DNA of 64,000 nt, from positions 10,790,001 through 10,854,000 of the forward strand of contig NC_087437.1 of assembly GCF_036321535.1 (NCBI RefSeq). The letters are read 5' to 3'. The position numbers and the translations under genes were made by a program. The stretch's first letter is position 1; the number at the start of each line of letters is the position of its first letter. Source of the stretch: Camelus dromedarius. Lineage: Eukaryota. This document shows, one piece after another, positions 36,167 to 50,295 of the stretch. The notes under the pieces are model-generated. The model did no database searches. It was not told where the DNA came from and was given only the letters and a program-made list of their open reading frames with translations.

Positions 36167-39100
36167 CTCAGCCAGCCTTTTAACCACCCACGCATTTAAT
36201 GTTACCATAGAGTCAGTCTTCTCACAGCAAAATGAATTTTCCCGAATGTATTGGTGGTATTTTCCACTACTGTAAACCTTAAATGTTTAAATGTAAAGAA
36301 AAAAGTTATTTATTTTCTGAATTTTAATAGACATTTTCTTGTTGATTCATAATCAGCTTGATTGTATCCACCCTAGGGTCTTACAGATCAAAGCTGAAGA
36401 TGATTTCGGGGGGGTGGGTGGGGAATGCTCTGTTTTGTTTCAGTCATAAAGTTAGCATATGGACGAAGATAACAAAATCAATAAATCACTTGACATGTTT
36501 CCATTGTTAACAGAGCTCAGAATGCTCTCTACATTTCCTTTTTATGGAATGATAGAAGCCTTTGGTCACACTTTAATAAATCAAAATGCTGGGTCAAGAA
36601 GCAATGATATTATAAATGTTACACTTACAACCTTTTTAAACAAAAAAAGATAGCTGCCTATGGGCCTGGAGTGAAGTAGTTTCACATCACAGATTTCTTG
36701 GCAGTTTCTTGGCAAAGTCCCTCGTATGCTGGTAGCCATAAGCATGGAGTCTTTGTTTTGGTCAGTAATTTTCAATCTGCCGTTTACATGAGCAAACTGA
36801 CATAGCTCTGAAAGTGAATTGTACATTAACCATTCAAAACTGGACATTTGTTTCTGAAGGAAATGTTTTGGTTTTCTCAGTGCCTCTGTTCTGTTCTTTT
36901 TTTTCCCCCAATCATTGACAATATTTCTTTGGATTTTTTTATACCTGAGAAGGCTTTCTCAGAACTGTACCAGACAAGACAAGGCTACCTCAAAAATAAG
37001 CAAGGAAAGAAAGCCAATTAGAATTGTTGAAATTGTGCCAGTGTTAAAAACCAGTCGATCCTAGATTTAAGATGAAACCACTATTACATACATTCATTGT
37101 TTATATGAAGTTAAGGATTTACCCTTAAAAGACATAATGCACACTTACTGTTTAGAATTTTATCCTTTATGCCACTCAAATGGCTTAACCATATATATCT
37201 CAGAATCCAGCATTTCTTCCTCTGTACCATCAAAATGTGTACTTTAAATTTACTCATAAAAATCCCACATAATTTTAAAACAAATGCCAACATTCTCTAA
37301 TTCTGGCATAGCACAGAGTTGGTATGTTCTGTAAAATTACTCCTTTCTTTACCCATCAGTGATATAGTCTTACATATAGTCCACAGACTTGATGGAATTC
37401 AACTTCCTAATCATTCACTCAATTTTCCAAAGATAAAGAGCCTAGCAGACATCATCCGTAGCTTTCTTCAGAGGCCGGTTCTCCATCCTTTATTAGCAAG
37501 TTACTCTGTCACTGTATTTCTCTGCCCCCTTGTCCACAAACAAGGCTTAAATAGTCTTCCTTGGAGTTTATAGGGCTCTGACAAATTCCATTAGAAAGTC
37601 AGTCTAGCTTTTTGCTTCTCTTGACAGCAACACAGTAGGTCAGCCTGTGTCTGAGAGGAGCATGTCAAAATGACCGTCTTACTGCATTTCTCATTGTGCT
37701 TCTCTGGGGTGATACCCCTTGAAGGTTATATTATAGATCGTCTTATCAAAGGCATGTCAACAATAGTACCCGGGCAAGAGTTGGTTCCACCTAATGAGAT
37801 ATGTCCTCCAAAGCTACTAACAGCTTGATGCCCTGACAAAACCCAGTTGCCTAAATACTTGACCGTGACTTCAGGCTGCTCTCAGACTTACCATGTCTGA
37901 TCTGTTCATTCATTCTCAGACCTCAAAAGTACATTGCTTAATAGCTTTTATTCTCTAAGTGTAGGATAAAAGCCCAGATAAATGCAAGCATGCAAACAGC
38001 ATTTCACTTTATTATTGCTACTCGTCTGCCTCACACTTGTATACCTCTGAGCAGACACAGACACACAGACGTATCTATAAGTATTGTACATACATGTTTT
38101 CAGTGGGATACCTGAGTCTCAGACTTACTTAAAAGCTGCCTGGCAAATGAGTCTGGACTGTGATGTTTGGACAATCCTGAAATCAATTTGTGTCTAAGAA
38201 AAGGCGGTTCAGGCTACCAACTCATCAGCAGATTGTCCCTGACATGGACTCACCTGTGTTCAGTTTGTAGCCTTTCATCCTGAACCTAACTTGCAGTTTA
38301 GGGTAGGTGGGAGTACCACGTATGACATGGTTCCCTAGCATCCGGCAGCTGGCTGTTGCTTGTCCAAAATGACCATTTTGTTTTGCCTGTTTCAGCACTT
38401 CTGTTCACTAAAATCTGCTCATCTAATTATTTATTGACCAGTTCAAGTGCTGAAACCAAGTTTTTATAGACATCTTCCTTCCCACGATAAGTTAAGGACC
38501 GTTTCTGGAGAAATTCTAATGCGAACAGTCAAGCCATCAGAAATCTGAAGTCTCAACACAAGCAGAATGTGGTGATTTGCAGGAGGCATGAGCTGAACCT
38601 ATTCCAACTCCTTGGACTTCAGTTCTGACAGACGAAAAATAACCAGCTAATGAAGATAAGCCCTAAAGTTTTATTCTTATGTTGTCCCTAGAGAAACAGT
38701 TGTTCATTTTTAGTTTGGTCTAGAACTTGATTACAAACGGCAGGTTGGCTTGTTAGTACAACCACGCGCCTTCTGAGGGATCCAAGTGCATTTGATTAAG
38801 CATTTAACATCACTCCCGAGGCAGGCAGTCCCAAAGAGCCACTGGGCATGGGAGACATTAAACATTTGTTTTTTTGCCCTGTAATCAACCTTAACCATGA
38901 CCTGTCACCCCGACGCTAGATGACCTGGGGCCTTTGTGTGTCAGGTATCATGTTCTAGAGACTTAAACCTTGTTCCAATGAGAATTAGATTTAAATTACT
39001 AAGCTAATTTTCATTTCCGATTTTAAACAAAATTTAAATCAGAGCTAGTCACATTTAACTAATACCAGCAGCCCTGTCTGTCTTGCCATGAGTAGTTTAT

Positions 39101-39985
39101 TCAGCCTTCCTTTTTTTTTTTTTTTTTTTTGGTACAATGTTGAAGCAAGGACAAAAACATCTACTTGTCACTCCAATAAGAATTTTAAAGCCTGTTTAAA
39201 ATATTTAACATGAGTTGATACCACAATAGCTTGGCACCATGTATCTTAGAAATCACCTCTAATTAAGTTCAACGCTGAAGCTTAATTCTTTTGTTATCTT
39301 TCTAGAAATAGTTCTTCAATATTATTTTGATTTATCACTGATTTTTAGGATTATCCTAGACTTTAAATATGTAAAGCCTTATAGGGGACTGCTAGACCTA
39401 ATTTGCAAGTGAAAACACAGTCGTTGTTCATGGGAGAGTAGATGTGTTTTCACTTAGTGGCGGGAAGGCTGTTCTGTGTCTGTCTCAAGATCCCCACCCC
39501 CGCCCCATCTACGTATTAATACGGAGCTAGAAGTCTCTCCTCCTGTGCTGAGCACTTTGTATTATTTTCTCTAATGATTTTGTCTTTAAAGCTCTTATCC
39601 TTGTGTTTTATCTGGAAGCATAAAAAATTTTTTTGAAAAATTCAATAAATTTCAAATGAATAATTTAGGGATATAAGCAAGAATCCTCACTAAATGTATT
39701 CTAGAAGGGAAATATTGGTAAATAGATAAAAGATAAAAGTAAAAGAGACATCCGTTCTATTAATTGTATGTGCCACAAAGAGTCATTGAGGTGTATTTTC
39801 CATCGGGCTGTATATTTTATGTGGTTTTTCTAAACCTCAGTAAGACAGTATAGCATATGTCAGTGACAAAAGTTTGCTTAATGGCCTCTGGCAGAATGAA
39901 GCAAAACTTAACAGGTCTAGAAGATTGATTTAACCTTAAAAAAATGTGTATCTTTAAAATAATCCCATTCCTAAAAACAGTCTCA

Positions 39986-40017
39986 GTGTGTGTGCGTGTG
40001 TGTGTGTGTGTGTGTGA
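39986..40017. repeat. Interrupted (GT)n microsatellite
   Basis: gtgtgtgtgcgtgtgtgtgtgtgtgtgtgtg. Confidence 0.9.
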
Positions 40018-42429
40018 AGAATGGTTATTTAAACAAGGAAGGCATCGTAGGTACAAACGGTATCTAATTTGCAAGTGGAAATATAACTGTTCATGCGGAT
40101 GTGAGTACGTTCCATTTAGGGGCAGTGGGTCTATTCATTGCCATCCCCCCACCCCCGAAAAAACAGCTCTAGGTGTCTAATCACTATGCAAATCTAGTCA
40201 GCATATTTACACTGGAAGCAAATGTAGACAATCATAGAAAAATAAGTGGAGATGTTTTAAGCATTCATTTAATCTTTCAGGGCAAGGGGATAAATTAAAC
40301 TTTATAAAGCCGCTGTAAAAATAACTATTTTGGAATTTAAATGCAGTTGTGTAATTTACTGCTTGTTACAGGATTCAGTTTTAACACCCAAATTTCACCG
40401 CCCAAAAATACTTCAAATGAGGCACTGCATCTGAGCACCTGTGACTCTGCCGCCCACACAAGCACTGAGAAATTAGGGTCTCAGCAGATCCCATTTCATG
40501 CACGATCAAGAGTGGCGTGTCAGTTTCCAAAAAGAATCCTCTAGTTCAAACAGTCCTAAATAAATATGGTGCTGGTTACAGCTCTGTCAGCATCCTCCCC
40601 CGGGTGGAAAGCATTCTCTCTTCCACCCATTAGCGGTTTGCAGGATCAGAGCCCGGAAGCCAGCTTTCTACAACCTGTTTCCTCACTTTGAATGATATAT
40701 CTTGGAGAAGGAGTTAAAGTGGTATAGTACGAATGTTACAGTGTTGTTTGCAAAGCTAGAGCATCAAGGAGGGTCAGATCTTCATGAAGAAAGACTACTG
40801 CAGCCTAGCTACCTGAGAAGTAATCATCACAGCCAGGCTTATGACAAGGGGTGGCAAGGATAGGGTCATGTGTCACACACTGTGCAGGGTCCCTTGGAGG
40901 GGCAGAGTAGATGGTAGCTTTCAGCGATTTGCTTTGAAGAACCCCAAATCCGTCCTAGTCAAAAAACAGAACTATGTTACACACATACTTCTTTGTTTCA
41001 ATGTTTTTGTGTGTTGGTTTCGTTTCTCTGTGCTAAGTGCTGTCTCCAGACTTCTCTTTGAAAATCTACATAGCTCCAGAAAAGATGGCCCATGAGGTGA
41101 CAGTCACACTGAGATCAGATATATGATCACTTCCTCTGGGAGAGAAAGATCTGGGAGTGTCAGGAAGGGGAAATAAATGCTCCAGGAAGAAAGCCAGCTG
41201 GGGAGGGAGGCAACCAGACAGAAGCTGGGTTTTCCCTGCACTGCAGAGTGGCCAGGCAGGCAGTTAGAGAGAGGCCAGTTCTGTGCATTATTGTGCACTT
41301 ACGAAGAGTGGCAGAGTTGGAGAGTTTTGATGGAGGTCCTTGTTCCAAAGTAGGCCTGACATTTTTTTTAACATGAGAGAGGCTCACGGCCATGCTGAGA
41401 AGCCTTGAGGTGAAAGGGTCAGCAGGTTACTGGGGCCAGTGCAGCAGGGCTTGTTAGGGGTCATCAAAGGCCTCGGGGAGCAGCAGCCGCCGAGGCTGGG
41501 GTTTCCACCCTCTGGAGGATGTAGGGGCCATCTGGCTCCGGAGAAGGTGGCTTAACTCTGAAAGGGTTTAAAATCCAGTTTAAAATGCGGACTAGAAAAA
41601 TCCCACAATGAGCAATTTGATCTCTTTTCCCCTTTCACATATGGGACAAGATTCTGCCTGAGCAGTTCGATATTATTTTGAAGTCGATGTGCACGCAGTT
41701 ACTCTGATAAGTGCTCTGCCACGTCTTTTCTCTCCTCCTTTCTGTGTTTTAAGAGCCCCCCTCATGAGATCAGTGGCTTCTGTTTTCTTCGTCCTCAGAG
41801 ATGGGTCTCCCCAGGGAAGACTAGAATGACCCTGTAGACAGACCCAGGTGTTGCCAGGAGTTATTGCTCATGAGACTGTTACTGTGGAAACCACTTCATT
41901 CTGATGCATTGTTTGAATACATAAGCCAGCACTTCACAGTTTCTGAGCATCCAGTTTTTAATCAAAAATCTTCCTTTGTGAATAGTAATTTCACACTAGT
42001 CTATGTAATAGTGTTCTCTCACCTTGTCTGCCTCTTTTGAAAACTTTTCCTCCAGCAACAGTAAGAACTAACGAGGAGGCAGAACATTTGAAAAACTCTT
42101 ATTGAAGATAAAAGTATGATTAAGATATAGAAAAAGTCATTTAATAGGTAGAAGCCATCTGGGACATCAGGTGGGTTATTGGCAAAGAAGCATTTTTATG
42201 CATAGTTGGCCTTGCCACTGGCATCTCGTGGTGGGGAAGAGGGGACAGTGGGAAGCAGAAGGTTCTAAAAGAGGGACCTTGTTTGACTAGGTTTGTGTCT
42301 TTAGACTAAAGCTTAAGTTCGTTTGGGAGTGGAAAGACTGAGACAGGGAGATGTTCGAGAAGGTATTTTGATGGTTCAGGTAAGAGATGACAGAGGCCAT
42401 GAGGTGGATGAGGGGAGGGGCCAAAAGAT

Positions 42430-42540
42430 ATTTGAGAATCAGAATCCTCAGGACTTGGTTTCCTGACCACTATGACACCATCACTAGTGACTGTGTGAAC
42501 TTGACTGTGCCTGGTCTCCCACAAATTTTCAGGCCAGTCT
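42430..42540 (+). mobile_element. MIR fragment
   Basis: tcaggacttggtttcctgaccactatgacaccatcactagtgactgtgtgaacttg...tgtgcctggtctcc. Confidence 0.5.
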
Positions 42541-42904
42541 TGGTGAGCAAGAAGGATGCACTGCAAGATCAGTGAATATCACTGAGTCAATTCATGGTAC
42601 CCAGGGAATCAATCCTCCTGTCACCGATACCCCATTTTCTGCTAGCAGAAAAATGGGAAACAGTGTTCACAGTTTACCACCTATGACGTATTAGACTTTG
42701 TTTGAGATCAGAAGAATACGGTAAGAGTTTGAATCCTAGAAATAGACCTGCCCACTTGGCTGAAGCAGAAGTAGGGGAGAAGCACTAAATATAGTTTGGT
42801 CTACTGGTGGAACATGTTTCCCAAGGGAAGTTCAAGTTTAGGCATGATGCCAGTAAAACAGGGAGTAACTGAATACAACTAAATATAAGAATCCTAAAGA
42901 ATTC

Positions 42905-44355
42905 AGACTATACTACAAAGCTACAGTGATCAAAACAGTATGGTACTGGCACAAAAGCAGACACATAATTGAATGGAACAGAACAGAGAGCCCAGAAATA
43001 AACCCACACACTTATGGTCAATTAATCTACAGCAAAGAAGGCAAGAATATACAATGGAGAAAAGACAGTGCTGGGAAAACTGGACAGCTACCTGTAAAAG
43101 ACTGAAGTTAGAACATTCTCTAACAGCACATACAAATATAAACTCAAAATTGGTTAAAGACCTAAATGTAAGACCAGAAACCATAAAACTCCTGGAAGAA
43201 AACATAGGCAGATCACTCTTTGACATAAATCTTTTAGCAATATTTTTTCTTGGATCTGTCTCCTACAGCAAAGGAAATAAATGCAAAAAAAAAAAAAAAC
43301 CAACAAATTGGACCTAATTAAATTTAAAAGCTTTTGCACAGTGAAGGAAACCATCAATAAGTCAGGAAGACAACCTACTGAAGGGGAGAAAATATTTCCA
43401 AATGATATGACTGATAAGGGTTTAATATCCAACACATATAAACATCTCATACAACACAGTATCAAAAAAACAAACAAACAATCCAATTAAAAATGAGCAG
43501 AAGACCTAAATAGACATTCTCCAAAGAAGACATACAGATAGTCAACAGACATGTGAAAAGATGTTCAATATCACTAATCATCAGGGAAATGCAAATCTGA
43601 ACCACAATGAGATATCACCTCATATCTGTCAGAATGGCCATCAAAAGATGTGGAGAAAGGGGAACCCTCGTACACTGTTGGTGGGAATGTAAATTGGTGC
43701 AGCTACTGTGGAAAACAGTATGGAGGTTCCTCAGAAAACTAAAAGTAGAACTCCCATATGACCCAGCAGTCCCACCCTTGGGTATATATCCAAAGAAAGT
43801 GAAAACACTAATTCGAAGAGATATATGCACCTCAGTGTTCATAGCAGCATTATTTACAATAGCCAAGATATGAAAGAAACCTAAGTGTCCATCCACAGAT
43901 GAATGGATAAAGAAGATGTGTATTATATTCAATGGAATATTAACTCAGCCATAAAAAGAATGAAATCTTGCCATTTGCAACAACGTGGATGGACCTGAAG
44001 GGTGAAATAAGTCAGACAGAAAAAGACAGATACTGGATGATATGTGTGGAATCTAAAAAATACAACAAACTAGTGAATATAAGAAAAAAAAAAAAAACAG
44101 ACTCAAAGATACAGAGAACGAACTGGTGGTTACCAGTGGGGAGAGGGAGGAGGATGGGCAGGATAGGGGTAGGGTATTAACAAGTGCAAACTATTATGTG
44201 TAAAATAAATAAGCTACAAGGACGTATTGTGCAGCACAGGGAATACAGCCAATGTTTTCTATAAATGGAGTATAACCTTTAAAAATGTGAATCACTATGT
44301 TATACGCCTGAAACTTATATAATATAATCACCATATACCTCAATTTAAAAAAAAT
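42905..44355 (+). mobile_element. 5'-truncated L1 (ORF2 C-terminus, 3'UTR, A-tail)
   Basis: ORF2p remnants [47 protein letters not shown]...ELPYDPAVP and PFATTWMDL. Confidence 0.95.
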
Positions 44356-44766
44356 AAGAATTGAAACTTGCAGGGAATAACAGGAGATAGTGGGGAAGCT
44401 TGAAGACAAAGCAAGAGGTCAGTTATAGGAAATAGATCATATCATGTGCTTTAGACTCAAAACAGAGATAGCTAAATATTAAATCTCATACACACAAAAA
44501 AATTACACCGGGGCTGCCAAACACTGTCTCAAGTTAGTGACGTGGAGAGTTGCTGATCCTATAAGTATAACTGTCATTTAGGCTCAAGCATGGGAGGGAG
44601 GAAGGATGTCTAACCAGAAACCTGATACCTCCTACAAACTGAATTCCATCCTGACCAGTGGGGTCTGATTACTTATTATTTCATTTATTACACAAATACT
44701 TACTGAATGGTCATCTCCAGTGCCCCAGAAGCTCTACTGTTCTTATGATGGAAGACTGAAAAAGAC

Positions 44767-44911
44767 GGGGGAGGATATAGCTCAATGGTAGAGTGTATAC
44801 CTACCATGCTATGAGGTCCTGGGTTCAATCCCCAGTACCTCCACCAAAAAAAATAAATAAATTTATTTAATTACTTCCCCCCTCCCAAAAAAAAATGAAA
44901 TAAAAAAAAAA
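44767..44911 (+). mobile_element. vic-1-like SINE, long form
   Basis: gggggaggatatagctcaatggtagag...ggtcctgggttcaatccccagtacctcc. Perfect 15-bp TSD gaagactgaaaaaga at 44751-44765 and 44912-44926. Confidence 0.9.
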
Positions 44912-45414
44912 GAAGACTGAAAAAGAGGCACTGCCTACCCTGAAGGAAAGGAGGGCTTTGGGAGGAGGCGATGAGGGCACAGCCTCAGCCCTAATCAAAG
45001 CCCACACCTTCAGTGCAGTCACCCCTCAGCCTGGTGGCATCTGAATGACTCACCAGGCTGCCTCAGCTACAGACTGCCAGCACTCAAAGGCAGGCAGAAT
45101 GACCCAGGAAACTGACACCATGACATTCTTGTCCCGCATTGGCTCTGACCTGGGTTATTTGTACCTCTGGACTCAAGTCCAGATTCCCAGATGCAGTGAA
45201 GACTATGGACAGTGTGACCGTGTCTAGGGCACGACTGCTGTTCTTGCACCCGCTCTCAAACCAACTCCTGCCCCACTCTCAGCTCCTGAACAGGAATGCG
45301 AAACAGAAAAGGCTATTTGAGGGGGAAAGTGATACATTAGAATACTAGTTTTTAGTGGGTGGAGTACATTTGAGAGGCTGTGGAATTCAAAAAGATTTAA
45401 AAAAAAATAAAAAG

Positions 45415-46735
45415 AGCCCTCATAATGTGGTTGGGAATATAAAATGATGCAGCCACTTTGTCCAAATTTTCTTCTGCAGTGTAGTCAGTTTACAATGTTG
45501 TGTTAATTTCTAGTGTACAGCATAATAGTTCAGTCATACATATACATACACATATCCCTTTTCATATTCTTTTTCATTATAGGTTACTGTAAGATACTGA
45601 ATATAGTTCCCTGTGCTATACAGTAGGACCTTGTTATTTATTTTATATATAGTAGTTCGCATCTGCACATCTTGAGTTCCCAGTTTACCCCTTCCCACCC
45701 ACATTCCCCATGGTAACCATAAGTTTGTTCTCTTTATCTGTGGGTCTCTTTCTGTTTTATAAATAAGTTCATTTGTCTTTTTTTTAGATTCCGCATATAA
45801 GTGATATCATATGGTCTTTTTCTTTCTCTTTCTGGCTTACTTCACTTAGAATGACAATCTCCGGGTTCATTCATGTTGCTTCAAATGGCATTATTTTATT
45901 CTTTTCTATGGCTGAGTAGTATTCCATTTTATAAATAGAGCACAACTTCTTTATCCAGTCATCTGTTGATGGAAATTTAGGTTGTTTCCATGTCTTGGCT
46001 ACTGTAAATAGTGCTGCTATGAACATTGGGGTGTCTTTTCGAATTAGAGTTCCCTCTGGATATATGCCCTGGAGTGGGATTGCTGGGTCATATGGTGAAT
46101 GTGTTTTTAGTCTTTTGAGGATTCTCCATACTGTTTTCCAAAATGGCTGATGCAGCCACTTTGGAACAGTCTGGCAGTTTCTCAAAAGGATAAGCATAGA
46201 CTTATCACTTGACCCTGCCATTCTACTTCTAGGTTTATATAAGAGAAGTGAAAATAAATGTCCTCACAAAAAAACGTATACATGAGTGTTCATAGCAACA
46301 TTATTCATAAGAGCCCCAAAGTGGAAACAACCCCGATGTCCATCAACTGATGAAAAAAATGTGGTATATCCATACAATGTGTTATTATCCAGCAATTAAA
46401 ACAGTATTGATACATGCCACAGCATGGCTGAATCTTGAAAACATTATGCTAAATAAAAATAAGCTGGTCAGAGAAGTCGTATTCTCTGATTTCATGTATA
46501 TGAGATGTCCACAATACACAAATGTACAGAGTCAGAAAATAGGTAAATGATTGCCTAGAGTTGTAGCAGACGGGGGTAAATGGGGAGCGACTGTTACTTG
46601 GTAATGGGTGTGCATATTCCCTAAGTTAATTGGGGTGATAGTTGCATAGCTGTATGAACATACTAAAAACCATTGAATTTCATATTCTTTAAATGGGTGA
46701 ATTTTATGATACATGAGTTACATCTCAATAAAGTA
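45415..46735 (+). mobile_element. Older L1MB-like 3' end (host of the insertion above)
   Basis: gttgggaatataaaatgatgcagccactttg|gaacagtctggcagtttctcaaaag...catctcaataaag. Confidence 0.8.
45461..46147 (-). mobile_element. Younger L1 3' fragment nested in an older sense L1
   Basis: Peptide [24 protein letters not shown]...STDDWIKK. Perfect 16-bp TSD tgatgcagccactttg at 45445-45460 and 46148-46163. Confidence 0.92.
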
Positions 46736-47074
46736 AGTTATATGTTATATTTATATTATAGTTATAGTTCTATTTTAAAATTTTTTAAGGATTGTTTAAT
46801 TTTGAAGAAAAAGTGTGCAATACCAAGAAGTCTTATTAGGTTAATGTCATTTTTACTTCCATCAGGGTTGGAAGTAGAGGGAAGATAAAATCAGGATAAT
46901 CTTTGGTCTCTCATAACAGAGACCATGAGAAAATACTCTAATTTAAGGGAAATTATTTTTCATGGTTGACAGGAACAAATGTTTGTAGAGAATATGGTAT
47001 ATAAAAAAAAAAAAAACTGGACATCTGGTGGGTATAGGCCAGTGAGTGTAGGCTATTCTGTTGTTATAATCCAG

Positions 47075-47735
47075 CATCCTCAGATGATAAGTGTTGGTGA
47101 GGACATGGTGAATGGGAACACTCACACATTGCAGGTGGGGTTGTGAAATCTTCTTGGGACAGCATTTTGGCAGTTCATCTAATGGTTAAGCATAGAGTTA
47201 CCACATGACCAAGTAGTTCCACTGCTAGCTATATACCCAAGAGAAATGGAAATGTGCCCATGCAAAACTTACTCACAGAAGCTTTATTCATAGTATCCAA
47301 AAAGTGAAAACAACCCACACGTCCATCAGCTAATGAATGGATAAATACAATGTGGTATATTCACACAATAGAATATTATTTAGCCGTGAAAAGGAATGAA
47401 GTTCTGTTGCATGCTATAGCAGGGTGAACCTTGAAAACATGCTTTCTGAGACGAGCTAGTCATAAAAGACCATATTTAAGTGATTCCATTTATATAAACT
47501 GTCCGGAATAGGCAAAGATACAGAGACAGAAAGATTAGCAGATACCTAGGGCTGGAGGATTTAGAGGAAGGTACAGGGTATCTTTGTGAGCTGATAAAGA
47601 TACTCTACAGTGGATTGTGGTAAATAAAGATTGCATAACTCTGTGATTGTACTGAAAACCACTGAAGTGTGTACTTTCAGTGGGTAAATATGGCGTGTGA
47701 ATTATATCTCAATAAAGCTGCTTTTTTTAAAAAAA
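47075..47735 (+). mobile_element. L1MB-like 3' end
   Basis: ataagtgttggtgaggacatgg...gaatggataaatacaatgtggtatat...gtgaattatatctcaataaagctg. Confidence 0.82.
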
Positions 47736-48352
47736 AATCTAGCTTTTATATCTTGGCATCTTTTGACTCTTTCCTACTTGCTGCAGCCACAGCTTTTTGC
47801 AGTGGTATTTTGGGGAAAGTTAATGTGAATCTCTGGTGTCTTAAACAAGTCCAATACTGTAAGGATATTTTCTGTGAGTTCATTAGGAATTATTGCTTAA
47901 CTAAGTCTGGAATTGCAATCGAGTAGCTCCTCAGTAGGGTTGCACCATCTGTGCTGATCTGTAGATAAGTCTGTTCAAAACACACATTGAATTAGTGTAC
48001 ATAGCACTGCTCTGTAGGCTGCTGGGACAAGTTTCTACACTTTAAAAAATATTTTATCAACAATATGCTTTAGGTTATAGCCAGTGTATTTGTATTATTT
48101 ATTGAGCTGTCTCAAGTCAGAGGGCATTAATATGGAACAGCTTTAATTTTCCCCAGTCACTGCTTAGGCCACGTTTCGTTGAATTTTGCCTTGCTATCCC
48201 TTAATGACACTTAGCTGCATTCAGGTCACTTTCAGTTAACAGAAGGTCAGTCTGGTCTGCTTTTCAACTCTCATCTCATACTAATTTAAATCTAATTTCC
48301 TCTTTCCACTCCATCAGGGTGGACAGAGCATAGTCTGGTTATCAGCTACCTC

Positions 48353-48904
48353 TTTTTTTTTAATTCTTATTTTTTTATTGAAGTATAGTCGATTTACAAT
48401 GTTAGTTTCAGGTGTACAGCAAAGTGATTCAGTTATATACATACATATATATTTAGTTTCTTTTCCATTACAGCTCATTACAAGAAATTGAATGTAGTTC
48501 CCCGTGCTATACAGTAGGTCCTTGTTGTTTATCTGTTTTACCTATAGTGGTGTGTATCTGTTAATCCCAAACTCCTAATCTATCCCTCGTCTCTCTTTCC
48601 CCCCTGATAAACACAATTTGTTTTCTGTGTCCATAAGTCTATTTCCTGGCTTGTAAATAAAATTTGTAGCTTTTTTTTTTTTAGATTCCACATATAAGCG
48701 ACATACATGATATTTGTCTTTGTCTGACTTAACTTCACTTAATATAGTCTCTAGGTTCATCCATGTTGCTGCAAATGGCATTATTTCACTCTTTTTATGG
48801 CTGAGTAGTATCCCATTGTGTATATATACCACATCTTCTTTATCCAGTCATCTGTCGATGGACATTTAGGTTGTTTCCATGTCTTGGCTGTTGTAAATAG
48901 TGTC
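48353..48904 (-). mobile_element. L1 3' fragment
   Basis: attgaagtatagtcgatttacaatg...; remnant EIMPFAATWMNLETILSEV. TSD tcagc(tac/cat)ctctttt at 48342-48356 and 48905-48919. Confidence 0.9.
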
Positions 48905-49199
48905 TCAGCCATCTCTTTTCCCTCCCTTTCTAAGGCCTGACTTCTAGGCTGTCAGAGGCCAGACAATAGATGAGAACAGTGTCCCTTGACCTGATCTCCT
49001 GTTTTTTGGACAAGCACAGTCTTGCCATCATGCCTTCTGGGTGACAGGTGTCAAAATGCTGCTTCACACTGGGTAGTTCAGAGAGCTCCCTTCCCAGCCC
49101 CTGGATGTGGGAGACCCAGCCCCAGCTCGACTTCCATGACTAAGCCCTTCCCCGTGGGTACAGTAACTGTCTAAGGACTGGCAGGGAGAAATAGCGGGG

Positions 49200-49955
49200 G
49201 TGTTACGTGCATATGTACATACATGTTTATTATACAGTTTACTGATGTTAAAGAATGTGTAGTTCACAATTTGCAGATAAAATAAAATATACAGTATTCT
49301 TTAGTGCAAATTCCACCTAGCCAATTGATTCTCAGAAGACTTAACAATGACTTCTGCAGTTGTAACTGACAAACGAGTGTCATTCAAATGTGAGTGCTGG
49401 GTAGTATTTTCATATAAGTTAAGAACTAAGACAAAAGTGAGATAAAGAAGGGGTATCAGAAGTACAATTGTTAGTGTGGTGAGCAACTGCTTTCTGAATC
49501 AGATAATAGGTTCATATGCTGGAAGAGTACATCCTCCAGTTTTTACTGTTAACAGTGTAAGACTCTAGACGTGGTACACTTTTAAATTTAATCTGCACTA
49601 TTAGCATTTTCTCCACCACTTTCTTAAATGCAGATGATCAACAAAACAGCAAAGTCCTAATTTGTAGCATTTGCCAATTTCAAGCTACTTATGCGACCTT
49701 ACTGAGTGCTTAATTGGGACAAGACGCACAGGAGCACACTATTTTTTCCACCTCACGGATAGAGTAGACATAAGAAAAACTCTGACAATAAATAATAGCA
49801 GTGAAATAATTAAGAAATGATGAGTTTTAAGTATTGATTACCTTTGTTTATTAATTTTTTTAATGGAACTTGATGTAATTTAATTTTTGAGAATGACTGT
49901 TTCAGTTTCTAAAAATTTAAAAATTGGCTGCCCGGCTGGCTCTGGAATACGACTG
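49200..49955 (-). mobile_element. MER63-like hAT DNA transposon fossil (left boundary uncertain)
   Basis: tttgtagcatttgccaattt...gaaatgatgagttttaagtattgattacctttg...ggctggctctggaatacgactg matches the MER63 end as I recall it. Confidence 0.65.
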
Positions 49956-50295
49956 CCCTTGCACACAGCATCCTCCAAAGCTCCTCTCGGCTCCAGGCCC
50001 CCTCCCCTGGGGTGCCAACCTCCTGATGAGATGCAGAGAGACATCTTGGCTCTCCCTCGCTCCACTCAGCTCATCGGCAGGCCAGCTGCCTTGCACCCCG
50101 GGTCCGGCTTAACTCTCCACCAGGGACAGCTCCAGAGTCTCCTTACAGGCATCCCTAGCCTTTACTAGTGAGCCTCTTGGTACCCTCCTCCATTTTTGTG
50201 GTGGCGGGAGGACGGGAGATGGGGAAGCTGACGACTGCACACACCACACTCCCAAACAGGAAGCTCACTGTGCCCACAAACCCCATTTGTTTGGG

